A DNA stretch of 64,000 bases from the NCBI RefSeq assembly GCF_009914755.1, contig NC_060925.1, one strand, 5' to 3'. A model generated the notes under the pieces. That model was not told where the DNA came from and made no database searches. It saw only the letters and a program-made list of their open reading frames with translations. Made by a program: the position numbers and the translations under genes. The stretch comes from the human T2T-CHM13v2.0 reference genome, Homo sapiens. Positions 14,801-27,620 of this stretch are shown in pieces (the stretch's first letter is position 1; each line of letters opens with the position of its first letter).

Positions 14801-15429
14801 CCCAGGGATGGCAAGCTGCTCTCCCCAAGCTGCCCTCCCTCTGGCTCCCTGGCTAGGATGGCAGGAGACATAACAAGGCCATGCCCCAGAGCCATGCATT
14901 CCACGGAAATCATTGGGCTGCATCTCTCAATTACTACCCCAGCCAGGACTGCAATTACCACATTACCCCTAATCGCTGAGTGTTTATTAGCGATGCTCCT
15001 CCCCTATCAGAGCTGCTATTACTCTACATTAATAACCAGGTAGGCACACGAGGTTTCCTCTTGAACACAGACCACCCAACTGCCAGTGCCACCACCTCCC
15101 AGGCCCTAGCTCCAATGGGGCGAGGCTCATCCCCTCTGCTCCACCTTCGGCCAAACTCATGTCAGCAGGAGGCTGGGGGCAAACTGGGAGCAGTCCAGGC
15201 ATGTGCGCAGGGTGGGGCAACACAGCCCTCGAGAGCAGCCAGGCTCCCTCCCTGACCTGCCCTTCTCTTCGCTGTTCATGCTGGCCCAGACCCACATCAC
15301 CCAGGCAGCTTCACACTTAGACTTGAGCCCCTGGGTCCTCTTTTTGGTGAGGAACTGGCTCATGGTCTTGCAAGGGAGCCCAGCCCACCTACCCCATAGT
15401 TAGACCACGCTGTCTACAGGAAGACTCCC

Positions 15430-15640
15430 AGCCTCCTCCTCATATTGTGTTAAATCTCTCTGTCCCTGGATGAAGCCAAGCTGTCTTCTACAAACTTCTG
15501 AAGGCAGCTATCATGCGTCTCCTTTAGTTGTTTTTCTTTTCCTTTAAGCTAAATGACTCTCAGTTTCTTCAACTAATTCTCTGAGGCCTAGCTGAGGCGC
15601 TTCCCGACTAGATATTCCTTATGCATACGCATGAGTTCAC
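15430..15640 (-). mobile_element. L3/CR1 LINE relic
   Basis: Reverse of the CR1 ORF2 3' region (LFSL-K-RRL-GDMI-VF-like). Confidence 0.5.
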
Positions 15641-16793
15641 TCAGGGCATCCCTCCATCAGTCAATAAACAGGAGTATCTTCCAGCAGCAAGGCCCTGGGG
15701 ACAGAGCTCAGAGTGGAAGCAGCAGCCAACCCCGCCTGCCTTGGCTCCACGCCTCTAAGCAGCCCGCTCTGCTGTCTCATGCACCCAGCTAGCTGGTACA
15801 TGAGCGCATAAAGGGGGAGCCCGAGGCACACGGGGCTGTGCAGTCCTCACTCAGGCAAGATTCCCCTAGACCACCTGGGGAGTGCAGGGCTCATCACAAC
15901 TCTGCTCAGCATGGAGGTACACCACGTCTCACTCCCACGAAGAGCCCTTCACCTGAGCCCTCCTGTCCCCCCGGGTTTCCTCGCCATGGTGTCCACAACT
16001 TTTTAGTATGAGGATGAATGGGAAGACGGTGACAGCGCTTGTTAACTGCGCTGGGCCTGGTCCAAGCCCTGCCAGCTCCCCACCATTGCATGAACTCCTG
16101 GAGGCCTTGCAGGCTGTCTGGGGTCAGTGGTTCCCCACTTTCCTTGTCAGATAAAGCCAAACCCCCTTAGCTTGACATTTGGGACTTTTAATAATGTGAC
16201 CTAAATCTACTGGCCAGCTCTCTTTGCCACTATTCAAACATCCCTACCCTATCCTTGCAACGCTCAAAATTCCTCACACATACTTGGCAATGTCCCCTGC
16301 CCGGCACCACTGTCTCATTCCTCTTCCGCTCTTGAAATCCTACATTTCTCCCCAGACCCTGGAGCTCTGGTTTGCATTGAGCAAGTGTTCAACAGATGTT
16401 TGTGGAATCACTGGACAAACAAATTAACCTGCTGCCGTCCAGTCCACCAGCAGCTTGTCACCAATGTCTGAGCACACGGGGGATATCATGTGTATCTATG
16501 TGTGACTGGCTCTGGCTGGCTGCGCCCCCTCTGCCTGGAAGCACAGTACAGCAGGATGACATGGCTCCCCCGGCTTGTACATGGAGACTGCTTGATGCCC
16601 GGTGTCCTGCTTCATCTGGAAGGGCAAAGAGCAGGTCCCTGCTGAGTCTGGGTGATGTGTACGACACTGACCAGAAGAGCAACTTGAAGCATTTTGGGGA
16701 GGTGGGACCTGGACCTAGGTGACGCTCCTCTGGGTTTTGCCCTGGGGACGCACATGCAGGGACCCAGGGCCTGGGCACTCAAAGCCCTCTTAC

Positions 16794-16925
16794 CTCATTC
16801 TCCTCCTCATTGTGCAGTTGCTCAGTGTATGCATCCGGCTTTCGGATCAGAGGGTCCACCAGCATCAGGAAGGCCATGTAGAGCAACAGGGCACCCACCA
16901 CGGACAGGTAGATGACAATGATGAC
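16794..16925 (-). CDS. TMEM9: TMEM9 coding exon 4 (VIIVIYLSVVGALLLYMAFLMLVDPLIRKPDAYTEQLHNEEENE), transmembrane helix plus acidic cluster
   Basis: CTCAG acceptor at 16927-16926, GAG|GTAAGA donor; 132 nt, phase 0-0. Confidence 0.97.
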
Positions 16926-17623
16926 CTGAGGAAGAGACCGGCGTGCCTATGAACCATTATCTGGGGCCAGGGCTAGAAATCCGTTGCTAGTCTTGGGCCA
17001 TCTGTGTCCGGCTGGCAGTGACTCCTCAAGTGGTGCACTAAGAAAGGACTTGGAGGCAACGTGGGCTCAGAGGGAAAGCATGCCCAGAAAGGAAAGGGAG
17101 GGCCCTACTCCACAGAGGAAGCACTCTGTCCTAACTTGAGGGAGTCTGCACAGCAGGCATCACGACAGCAGGCAGATGACAGAGGAAGAAGTCTGGAGCC
17201 TGATGCCGAGAGGCTCCCGGGGTAGAGATGGGAACACAAGGGGCTCCCTGGCTGTAGAAGAGTTCATGATGAAGGGTGGAAAGCAATCAGAAACTAAGAG
17301 CAAGGAAGAACAGGCTGTGGAGAGGCTGGAAAGCTGGGGCCAGGAAAAGTAAACCTGGGCTGGTGGGCTCATTGCTCCTGTGGAGAGCAAGACGGATGGG
17401 GCGCGCTGGCCCACTCATGGCATGCCCCTGAGCAGAGTGGCTAGGGCTGGTAAGAAGGTGTGTGCTGGGGGTGAAGGTCACGCCTGCCCTCCCATCAGCC
17501 CCTCTGCAGGGAGGGGAAAGCCAAGGGTAGAACAACAACTCCACGAATCTCTTACATACACAGTGCTTCACAAGCTGGAGTCATTTTGTTTTTACAGAAA
17601 AGATAGATTTAATGAGGCAAATT

Positions 17624-17790
17624 CAATGTTTCTCAATGTGGGTGCTCTGGGATTTTGGGTGGGACATTTAGCATCCATGGTCCCTGTAACAGTGTTGGTA
17701 ATACACCTGTTATTGGGACCACAAAAGCACCTTCACCCACCTCTAAATGCCCCCTGGGGGGGCTGTAATCATCTGATTGAGAACTGCTGG
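17624..17790. mobile_element. hAT non-autonomous DNA transposon (MER20/MER117-like)
   Basis: Terminal inverted repeats CAATGTTTCTCAA ... TTGAGAACTGCTG. Confidence 0.55.
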
Positions 17791-18299
17791 GCTAGATCAC
17801 CTGTGATCCCAAGGCTACCAGATGGTGGAGGTGTGACTCAAACCCAGACTTGCTGACTCCCTCTCAAATGCTTTTCCTAATTCCACAATGCCTGGCCATT
17901 GCCGGCTTCTGATCTCAGCCCTGCCCTACCTAGACTGTGAAGAAGAGTGAAAAAAAGAACCTCAGGACTTTCAAGCTGGGTGCCCCGCTCAGCCAATAGC
18001 CAAGTTCCACTGGACCAATGTCCCACCTGATTGGGGCACCGTGTTCACGCCTGTTTAAACAGGGCAAATAATCAGACCTCACCTGTACCCCAGGAAGGCG
18101 GAAGGAGAACAGAGGCTGGGTCTTCAATAGGCTGAAGTTGAGGGGAGCCTCCTAGGTAGGAGGACTGGGGGAAACACGAGGGATTAGGAAGTTGTATCTG
18201 ATGAGGTCCCCATGCCAGGAAGTTCCCTCCCGGCCAAACAGGGAGCAGCGGTGACATCTGGCTCTGAATTTCAGGTCTCAGGCATCTGGTCCCTGGAGG

Positions 18300-18640
18300 G
18301 TGAGGCCCACTGGAGCAAGTTCAGAGAAGGAGAATGACAGTTGCAGGAGGGGCTGCCTCAGGTGGATGAAAGGAGTTGGGTCTGCACAGGGCACTGGCTG
18401 GGAGTGAAGGACAGACAGCTGCTTTTTCCCTGAGTGGTGAGAACACAGAGGAGCTACAGCACAGGGCTCCCTGGAATAGGCAGGAAGGACAGCAGTGAAG
18501 ACCACCGCCCCCTAAATGTGCCTCGAAAGGAGAAACCTGATGGAGGACCCAGCAGTGCCTTTAAATATGAGAATTATTTTCCAATGCTATTTATAGACTC
18601 TTCAAAGGACAAGCAGAAAAATGCTACAAACTGGAACAGA
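18300..18640 (+). mobile_element. L3/CR1 LINE relic
   Basis: CTGGAGCAAGTTCAGAGAAGG... and GCCTTTAAATATG, CR1-like motifs. Confidence 0.45.
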
Positions 18641-18653
18641 AAGGGCTACATTA

Positions 18654-18954
18654 GGCCAGGCATGGAGCTCACACCTATAATCCCAGCACTTCGGGAAGCC
18701 AAGGCTGGAGCAGTGCTTGAGGCCAGGAGTTCGAGACAAGCCTGGGCAAGACAGTGAGACCCTGTCTCTACCAAAAATTTAAAAAATTAGCTGGGTGTGG
18801 TGATGTGCACCTGTGGTCCTAGCTAATCAGGAGGCTGAGGTGGGAGGGTTGCATGGGCCTGGGAGGTCAGAGCTGCAGTGAGCTGTGATCGTGCCACTGG
18901 ACTACAGCATAGGCAACAGAGTCAGACCCAGTCTCTAAAAAACAAACAAAAAAA
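18654..18954 (+). mobile_element. Alu (AluJ-type)
   Basis: Diverged dimeric Alu; TSD AGAAA(G/T)GGCTA. Confidence 0.93.
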
Positions 18955-19590
18955 GAAATGGCTATGTAATCAGTGAGTACTGTGTGTGCCAGGTGCCTGG
19001 CCCAGGATTGTTAGAACCTGGACTAGGAAGCCGCACTGGGGGGCTGGGGGTCATGACGGTCTCTGCTAGGGCGGCTTCACAGCCTCTAGAAGACACGGGA
19101 AGTTCTGCCTGGTGCAGGAATGAACAGACACCTTGTGACGTCTATGGTGGTGACTGTGTCTATCATCTCTTTCCTGAATTCACCCAAATGATCAATGAGA
19201 AGAAGGTTCAGGAAAACACAAAAGAACCAATCTGATGTTCTCCCAGCACCCAACACCCAGCCCTAGTCCACAGCTCTGATGCTTTTTAGAGGAGCTTAGT
19301 CACTTTGGAAGCTTAATTAGACTAAGCTCCAGGAGGGCAGCCCAACCTCCCCATTGGCAGCATCTTGCCCAGAATATAGCAGGCACCGAAAAGAGATTTA
19401 CTGGATGAATAGAAGAAGGGAGAGGAACGAAATAAACTGTAAAGAATGCAGGGAAAAAGGAGTCTCCAGCAGCTCTCCCAGGGCTCTCCCCTCTCACTGT
19501 AATGGTAACTACTGGAAAGAGAGCAGAGAAGGGAGCTGGCTCCAGGAAGGTGTGGGATGTGGGTCCCAGTGTCTGCACTAGGCCAGCCTA

Positions 19591-19875
<285 letters not shown>

Positions 19876-20329
19876 TCAAGACCAGAGAAGCAGGTAGCCA
19901 GGGGAGCTGAGAGGTAGGGGCTAGGCAAAGGTGAAGGGTGCTCCCAGAGAGGGCCAAGGGCTTATAAAGGATTAGGCTGGCAGAAACCCTTCCTAACCCA
20001 CAGCCTCACAGCCCATGCCCCTTACACATCAAAACCAGCTCTCCAAACTGCCTACAGGGCTGGCTCCAAAACCATCAACGTTCCCAGAGTTCTACCCCCA
20101 GCCGCCTTCCTCATCTCATGCTATGTTCTCCCGGCATGTGCTCATCTGTCCCAAAGGTTCAACTCAGAAGCTGACGGATCTTAGATCAGAATCTCCAGCC
20201 AGGGCCGCTCTCCTCTATGAGCTACAGGAGTCACTATGTGCATGTCCCATAGAGACCATGAACTCTACACCCGCCCCTGCACACCCTTTGCCCTCAACTC
20301 CCTACTCCTGCAAACTGGCTCCCCATTTG

Positions 20330-21070
20330 CAATGGCAGAGAGAACACCTCTACCGTCCACTTCACTGTCCGGGTCAAACCCTGGAAATCATCTTTGACAC
20401 TGCCTTCCTCTCATCTAAGTAAAATCACCAAAGGCCAGTGATTTTACTTCCCTAAAAATTCCTAGAATCCATCTCCTTTATTCTCTCCCACTGCTGTGTC
20501 TTAGCTGAGGCCCTCATCCTATCTTCCTCGGACAACCGCACCAGCCTCCGCGCTGCCCTCCTGCCTCTAGTTTGGCCTTTCTAACACATACTACCTTCCT
20601 ACGGCAGCCAAGTGGTTTTCCAGAATGCAACTCTGGTCATGTCATTCCCCAGCTTAGGCCCGGTCAGTGCCTCCACAGAGCCCCTAGGGCCAATGCTAAC
20701 TCAATTGCTCTGCCAGGGGTCCCAACCCACCTCACTCCAGTTCCATCTCTTGCTACACCTCCCTCACCCACTTTCCCAACCTCCAGCCACACGGATCTGC
20801 CAGGCTGCTCTCTGAAGGAGCCACACCCACACTCTCACCAGGAGGGCATGGCTTTGCCACCTCATCTTTTAACTCTCAGCTTAGCCACCTGTGCCCAATA
20901 GCCAGCTCCCCCCAACCCCCCGCCAATGCACTGCATTGTAATCCAATCTTTATTCGTGCTGTCTCCCCAGGAGATGTACGTTCCTTGAACACAGGGTTAT
21001 GTCTTATACATCTCCATATTCCCAGTACCTAGCTGGGTGCTGGCCAGAGCAGGCTTAGTAACTACATGAT
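20330..21070 (+). mobile_element. L2 LINE 3' fragment
   Basis: AAACCCTGGAAATCATCTTTGAC...; CATCTCCATATTCCCAGTACCTAGC, typical L2 3' text. Confidence 0.65.
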
Positions 21071-24039
21071 TCCCAAAGGAAGAGTAGACCCACTTTCATC
21101 TAACAGCACTCTTACGTAAGGTGGGATAAAGATCATAGGTTCCACATCTAAAAACAGGGAAAGAGGCTTAGGAGGCAAAGTGGCATCTCCATAGTGGTAG
21201 TGAGGCCAGAACCCAAATCTAGACCCTCAGCCACAGGTCTTTACTTCTGACTCAGCCTCAGTGGGGCCTGGGCTGGTACCTGGCTTGTCTCAGGCCTCTC
21301 ATTCCCAGCCTTCCTCAGATCAGCATGGTTCCAACCTGTTTGGTTCAGGGACCACACTGACAAAGCAAAAAACTCTACAGAATGCACCTTCATTACTACC
21401 AATGGAAAAATCCAAACCCCTTGGAGGTGTGCAGAGGTGAAGGAGGTGTCATGCTGCAATGCACCTGGGCTCTGTCCTGGCTCTGCCACCAAGTGTCTAT
21501 ACCCTGGGTCCGTTCTCTTCTCTTTGAGATAAAGCGGTTGCACCGGATAATCTTTAAAAGGCCCTTCCAGCTCTGACAGGAGTCCTGCAAGAGTCAAGCA
21601 TAGCTCCCTTCTGAGCTACAGGGCTGGGTTTCTGGCAGAAGCATCAAGGGTGTGTGATATAAAGATCATGTGTTGGATTAAGAATGGGATGTGCTCTAAA
21701 GGACTCTGTTCTCCCAAAAAGCCATATGTGGCATACATGAGTTTATCTAAACCTTTCATGATCCAGTTCCACCTCTGTGTCCAACATGTTACTCCCTGCT
21801 CTGAGCAGGTCTCCCCTGTTGTAACCGGAAGTACTGCTTTCAGGCCTTGCATGCTGCTTCCGCTGGGAGCAGCGGAAAAAGGGTCACCCAGGGCACTTGG
21901 CTGCCATTCCTGTCCAGAGGCAATGCCATCTTCCCTTCTCCAGGAAGTCTCTACAAGCCTCCAGATTCCTCCCTTACCTGAGCTACACTGGGTCCTGGGT
22001 CTAGAAGGTCATACCAGTATTGCAGTGGAATCTATGGATTTCTCACAAGGCCAAGGTGTCAGGGGCAGTTTGGAAGGGCGACCTGAGTTCTTCAATGTGG
22101 GATCTTGCTACCCAGGGGAACAGCAATAAGGAGCTGAAATAGTTCTGCTGTCTCCAACTCTCCTGTGATTGGGGGCAATTTATTTAACTTCTCCAGGCCT
22201 CGGTTCCCTCATTTATAAATGGAGACTGAACTTGGTCAGTGTCTTTCAAACTGTACTCTTTTGGGACCCACAGGAACCACTGTACGGTGGGGTGGTAGTC
22301 AGGGAGGGGCTGAGGGACAGTTCCCTCTCAGGCAGAGCAATTCCGACTTTTATGTTTTATAGATTTTGTTTCCAAAACGGATTTTGTTTGCAGAGAAGTT
22401 CTATTTTAACAAGTTTGAAAGGCAAGGAACTAGCCAACTTATTCAGTGCTTTCCTGCTCTGGGAGTGTCTCTAATAACACATCTCCTTGCCGGACCCACC
22501 AATGGGGCAAAGCTGGGGTTTTTGCCTTTTTATGCACATATGGTCATAAACTCTCAACACTAGGTGGCAGGATACCTGTAAACACAGGAACATACATGGC
22601 TTGGCCATTAAACCTGAGGACCGCATGTCAGATGATTCTGGCTTTACTCTGCACAACCAAGGAGAAGGGTGCAAGTGTTCTTTAGCATGGACCAACGTGA
22701 CAGCAAAGTGAAAATGTGGCAGAGACCAGAAGACCCACTCAAACTGGCCTCCTCTAACCCTAGCACTGAGGTACTCAGATCAATGTCAAGGCCCCACCCT
22801 ACCCTTAAGAGGCTCCAGGCAAGCACAGGATGACTCCCAGTCAAGGTCAGTGTCACTGGGTCCTAGAATCCTGGAGTCTTTCCTCCAGCCTCAGTTTACA
22901 CCCACCACCCTTAATGGAGCTGCCCTGAGGTTCCTGATGTAAGGCTATTCATCAAGCAGCCCCTTAATTCTGACTTCTGAGGGGAAGAAGGAGATAAACT
23001 ACAGCCTGAGAGGTCTAGACAGGACTCCGTCCTCTGCAGGCATCCAACCTTGGGTTTTCAGGCCATCTATAGCTCCAGGACAGAGAGAGTGTTCCTAAAT
23101 TTGCAAGTGTCTGCCTGCATAAGGAGTTTGGGATATAGCCTTGTTATCTGGTGAAGGGCTAAGACAGCCCATCAAAGTTTTTACTGATGCTATTTGAACT
23201 ATAACCACAAGATACAAGGGGGTTACTTGGAATTCTCCTAAGTAGAAGGCTAGTGCTTCAGGAGGAGCCCATTTTCTCAGTCTGTGGTGTAAGTTTGACC
23301 ATGACTATCTATGTGGCCACCAGTAAGGCATGATAATATACATTAATATCAGCTAACATTTATATAAGCATTTACTGTGTGCCAGGTATTGTTCTAAGTG
23401 CTATAGTTACTGACCTGTGCACACACACGCACAACACACACACAAACACGTACATACTTAACACAGAAAATACTGCCACTATTTATAGATAAGGAAATCA
23501 AAGTGCAGTGGAGATTAAGTAATTTGTCACACAATTAACAAGCAGCTAAGCTAAATTTGAAGTCAGGAAGGTGGAACACAGAGTCTGTCTATCTAACTAG
23601 ACTGCCTCTCAGAAAATCACCGACAGTCTCAGAGTTGGAAATTCAACTAGTTTCAAAATTCTCGAGTGTTGCTCTGGATCAACTGCATCCTAAGCACCAA
23701 AGGAAAGAAAGGTTACTGCCTCCCCTCACCCTCACTCCGTATTTGAAGAATCAAAATCGAGCAGTGGTGGTGGTACTGGAAATGTGTATTTTCTCAAAGC
23801 TCATCTGCTTTGAGAAAGCAGGAGAGGCAGCACTGACCCGGACCTCTCATCTGATGTTGATCTCTTCTACAGTGACCTCAGCCCATCTGTGCTCGGGGCC
23901 CTCCAAGGACGGAGCTTCCTGGCTCCCAAAACTGCCTAGATTAGAAATGCTCCCTCAACTCATGCTTAAGTCGGTTTCCCTGAAGCTTTTATCCTTGGCC
24001 CCAACTCTACACCAAGAAACCCCACTGAACATAACTGAT

Positions 24040-24280
24040 CCACACCAGTACCTGCTCCCACATGTCCCACCTCCCATAACATGCCAGCTTTCAATCAATC
24101 ATCGTGTGTCCCCAAGTCCTCTCCTCTTTAGGCTTTCCTTGCTTCCTTAAACCATTCCTTCCAGGACAATGTGCTGAAACTTCCCTTCACCGCACTAGTC
24201 TCCTTTCTCTGAATGAATTCTGGGTTATTCTTCTCTTTTTAAAAGTGAGGTACCCAGAAATGAATTCAACACTCTAAATT
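24040..24280 (-). mobile_element. L3/CR1 LINE relic
   Basis: Reverse of the CR1 ORF2 motif (LE.C.QFW.P..KKD..LE.VQRRA). Confidence 0.55.
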
Positions 24281-24733
24281 ATTTCTTTGGGCCTCTGTCT
24301 CTGCTATTATAAAATGGGAGCAAAATCCATCCCACCTACTTTACAAGGATGCTATAAGACTGGCACAGAATAACACATGTAACACAGCTTTGCAAAAGCA
24401 TTAGGTATCCTACAGTATGTGGTCAGAATACCTACCTTTGCCAACTTCTCTACTACTATTCTGTATGCATCACTAAAGACCAATATTCAAAGCAAAACAA
24501 CAAAATCCACTCCTCTAGCCAGGGACCACTCAGCTGGAATTCAGACACCTGGATCCTGTTTCCACAGACAGTTGAAAACTATGAAATTGGTTCTGTGACA
24601 TGAATAATTACTCCTTTGAAAGGCTCTCCATAGGAATGGGAGAGCATGCTTATCCTCCAGGGTCCAAGAACTCTAGTAAACACCCATAACTTCAACTGGG
24701 TATAGCAGCCAGGGGCCTGCGTGTAATGCCTTA

Positions 24734-24889
<156 letters not shown>

Positions 24890-25135
24890 CTAGCAAGGTT
24901 GTCAACTTTCTGTTCCCCATCCTGTTAGGTGAACCATATCTATGCTCTTGAGCTTTCTCCATCCCCAAGTTCAAATCCAGCAAGGACTGCCACTGTAGGA
25001 AGCAAGCTGCAGCACCGGGTCCTAAAGATAGAAAAATGTCCAGATGGCAAATGAGACTCACAGAAAGTTGACTAGGCCTGCCAGTCCCAAAGCAGGTACT
25101 TAGAGGAATGCGGGGAGAGGGATGAGGGGAAATGG

Positions 25136-25163
25136 GTGTGTGTGTGTGTGTGTGTGTGTGTGT
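25136..25163. repeat. (TG)n microsatellite
   Basis: About 14 units. Confidence 0.95.
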
Positions 25164-25664
25164 CCTCTACCCCAGACCCCACACTTGTGTGTGCACCTCT
25201 GTCCAGTGGACTTGGCAGCCACCCTCTTCCCCACATTCCTTCTCCAACTTCTTAGGTAGGATTGGGGAAACATAAAGGGCGAGGGTGAATAAGAAAAAGT
25301 GGATCATTTCTGTGGGAATACTCAAGCAACCCCTTTGAAAGTTCTTCCCTTCTGGAATGAGTAAGAGATACCACCATAAATGTCTTTACTAATTAGGATT
25401 TCTGAGGAGAGAATGGAAACAAACTCTCAGCCTTAACCTTACTTCAAAGTCTGGATGATCTTTAGTTCCATAGATCTACCCAAACAGCTCCACAGGAATG
25501 TAGCAATAAAGAATGGAAGTTATCTCAGGAGTCCCAGAACTTAGGTGGGTCACCCTTAATAATGGAAACTTCAAACTGTATAGGACTTTACACTTACAGG
25601 GCATTTTTACATTGTCATGTAATTTGATTCTCCCTAAGCAGAGTAATAGATACAACTGCTACTA

Positions 25665-26545
25665 CAGGTGGTAGTACTAGCATCCCTAAAACAAAAATTC
25701 GAAATGCTCCCAATCTAAAACTTGTTAAGCACAGACATGACCACAAAGATGATGTTAACATTGCAGAAAAGCACCTACAGACATGGTAACAATGAGTGAC
25801 GGGCTTCTTGAAAGACTATAGCAGAGCGCATTCATAACAGAACAAGAAATCGTGTCAGTCTATAAAATCAAAGAGACTTCTAAGACAAAAGCTTGTTAAT
25901 GAATCAGGTGACTGGCAAAAACATTTTTAAAAGCCATCTGGCAGAATGCCTCCTCATCTCTAGAGGACCCACTTTCTGGTCCCTCTACTGCTTCAGATAC
26001 TACTTCTCACCTAAAAAAATACTGTGCACAGTAACCTTTAATCAAAACACAGCATCACAGCAGGAGACAGAAAGCCTTATGTTGCTGTGTCTAACAGCTG
26101 ATACAGGTATTCTGGTGATGCTACTGTGTTTAGTTACCCTGAACACATCATTTATTTTCACTGTGTTAATAGTACATCATATTTTTTTACCGTTAAGAAC
26201 TTATGTGTAACGTAAGAAAATATTTATCGGTAGCATATAAATTCATTGTCAGGAATGGTGGTGATGCCAACCAACCAGACTATCCACATGGGTGCCTGAG
26301 ATAGTGACGCCTTTGCTTTCTGATGGTTCAGTGTAGATAAACTTTGTTTCATGCACACAATTATTGAAAATATTGTATAAAATTACCTTCGGGCTATGTA
26401 TATACAGCATATATGAAACATAAACGAACTTCAGGTTTAGACTTAGGTCCCCTCCCCAAGATAGCTCATTTTTTATGTGCAAATACTCCCAAATCCAAAA
26501 ATATCTGAAACAAAACATACTTTGGTCCAAAGCAAAGGAAGGTAT
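25665..26545. mobile_element. Tigger-family (Tigger4/Zombi-like) DNA transposon relic
   Basis: AGCATCCCTAA...TTCGAAATGCTCC at one end and ATCCAAAAATATCTGAAAC...TTTGGTCCAAAGCA at the other. Confidence 0.7.
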
Positions 26546-26833
26546 GGAGAACTTAGATAACTTCTCCAAACTTCCTTGCTGGAAGTCCACCACTGATCTG
26601 TCTGATCAGAGTGAGCCAGTGCTCTGTGCCCTACCCTTCCTCACTCCTCACCCGCACTATCCTTAGGGAGGCCAGCAGCCTTGAACCTGAAGGAAGACCA
26701 CTAAAAGAAGTATGGCCCATAGGTGAGTGAGAGGCAGGCTTAAGGAGCAGCTGGCTACCTCTGAGTCAGCCCTGTAGACAGGGTGGCCGTGCACGGTGGT
26801 CGTGACCAGGTGCTGCAGGCTCACCTCCCTCAC

Positions 26834-26899
26834 CTTGTTGGCTTCAGCTGGGGGCACCAGCAAACACCCGACCACAGCCACCAAAGATAAGAGCTTCAT
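26834..26899 (-). CDS. TMEM9: TMEM9 coding exon 1 (MKLLSLVAVVGCLLVPPAEANK), signal peptide
   Basis: ATG at 26899-26897 in AGCATGA context; AAG|GTGAGG donor; the five exons sum to 552 nt = 183 aa + stop. Confidence 0.97.
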
Positions 26900-26949
26900 G
26901 CTTATCAGGCTTGCTGGGCCAGCAAAGCCGGACACCTGGAAAAAGAGAT

Positions 26950-27620
26950 ACGGAGTCGGAGAAGGGGAAGGTGGCCACACCGCAGCCAGCACGCTAGGCC
27001 CTTAACCATCCGGCCAAGTGGGAATGGGGTTGGGGGCTGGGCTCCAGGATTCCAAGGCCTGCTAAACCTGGTCGCCAAACCCTGCTTCCCTCCCGCCCAA
27101 CTCTCCGGCTCTCCGCCAGCCACCTGGTGAGCCCGGCAGAGGGGTCCTCGAGGGGACACCGCTGCCAGGGGCCTCCAGTTCCTTCTCAAGGCCCGGCTCT
27201 GACCCGCGCATCACGTCCCACCGCCCTCCGCCATCTCCGCCTCTGCCCGCCCCGCAGCTCCTCCCCGCTCGGGCCCGACGGGAACTTTTGGGTGCGAGTC
27301 TGGGACCCCTGCTCCGACGGCGAAGGCCGGTGCCCACCACGCCCAGAGGTCTTAAGCCGGACTGGGACCCCCAATAGCCCCGCGACCCCCGTCCCCTCCC
27401 CCAATGCCGCGTCCACGAACCTACAAGCCCGCTGCAGCCGCAAAAGACCCAGTTGTCCCCGCCCTCTCCTAGCTTCTATTGGTTGCCAGAGCAGCCCCTT
27501 AACCCGACCGCGCTGTCGCCATGGCAACAAGACCCGCCTTCACCTGGGCGGGGAGACTCTTGCGCAAGGGAGAGGCGGGCATTTCTCAAACCGGACCAAA
27601 CCAGAAAAGGGAACGTCAGC
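26950..27620 (-). promoter_or_regulatory. TMEM9: TMEM9 proximal CpG-island promoter and 5' UTR, with CCAAT boxes, GC boxes and an RFX X-box
   Basis: High CpG density; CCAAT at ~27371 and ~27402, ATTGG at ~27478; GTCGCCATGGCAAC at 27515-27528; acceptor TTTTTCCAG at 26937-26936. Confidence 0.85.

Noticed and set aside
23557-24150. 197-aa plus-strand ORF
   Set aside because: TTG start; runs across MIR, MER5-like and L3 relics in a TMEM9 intron on the antisense strand
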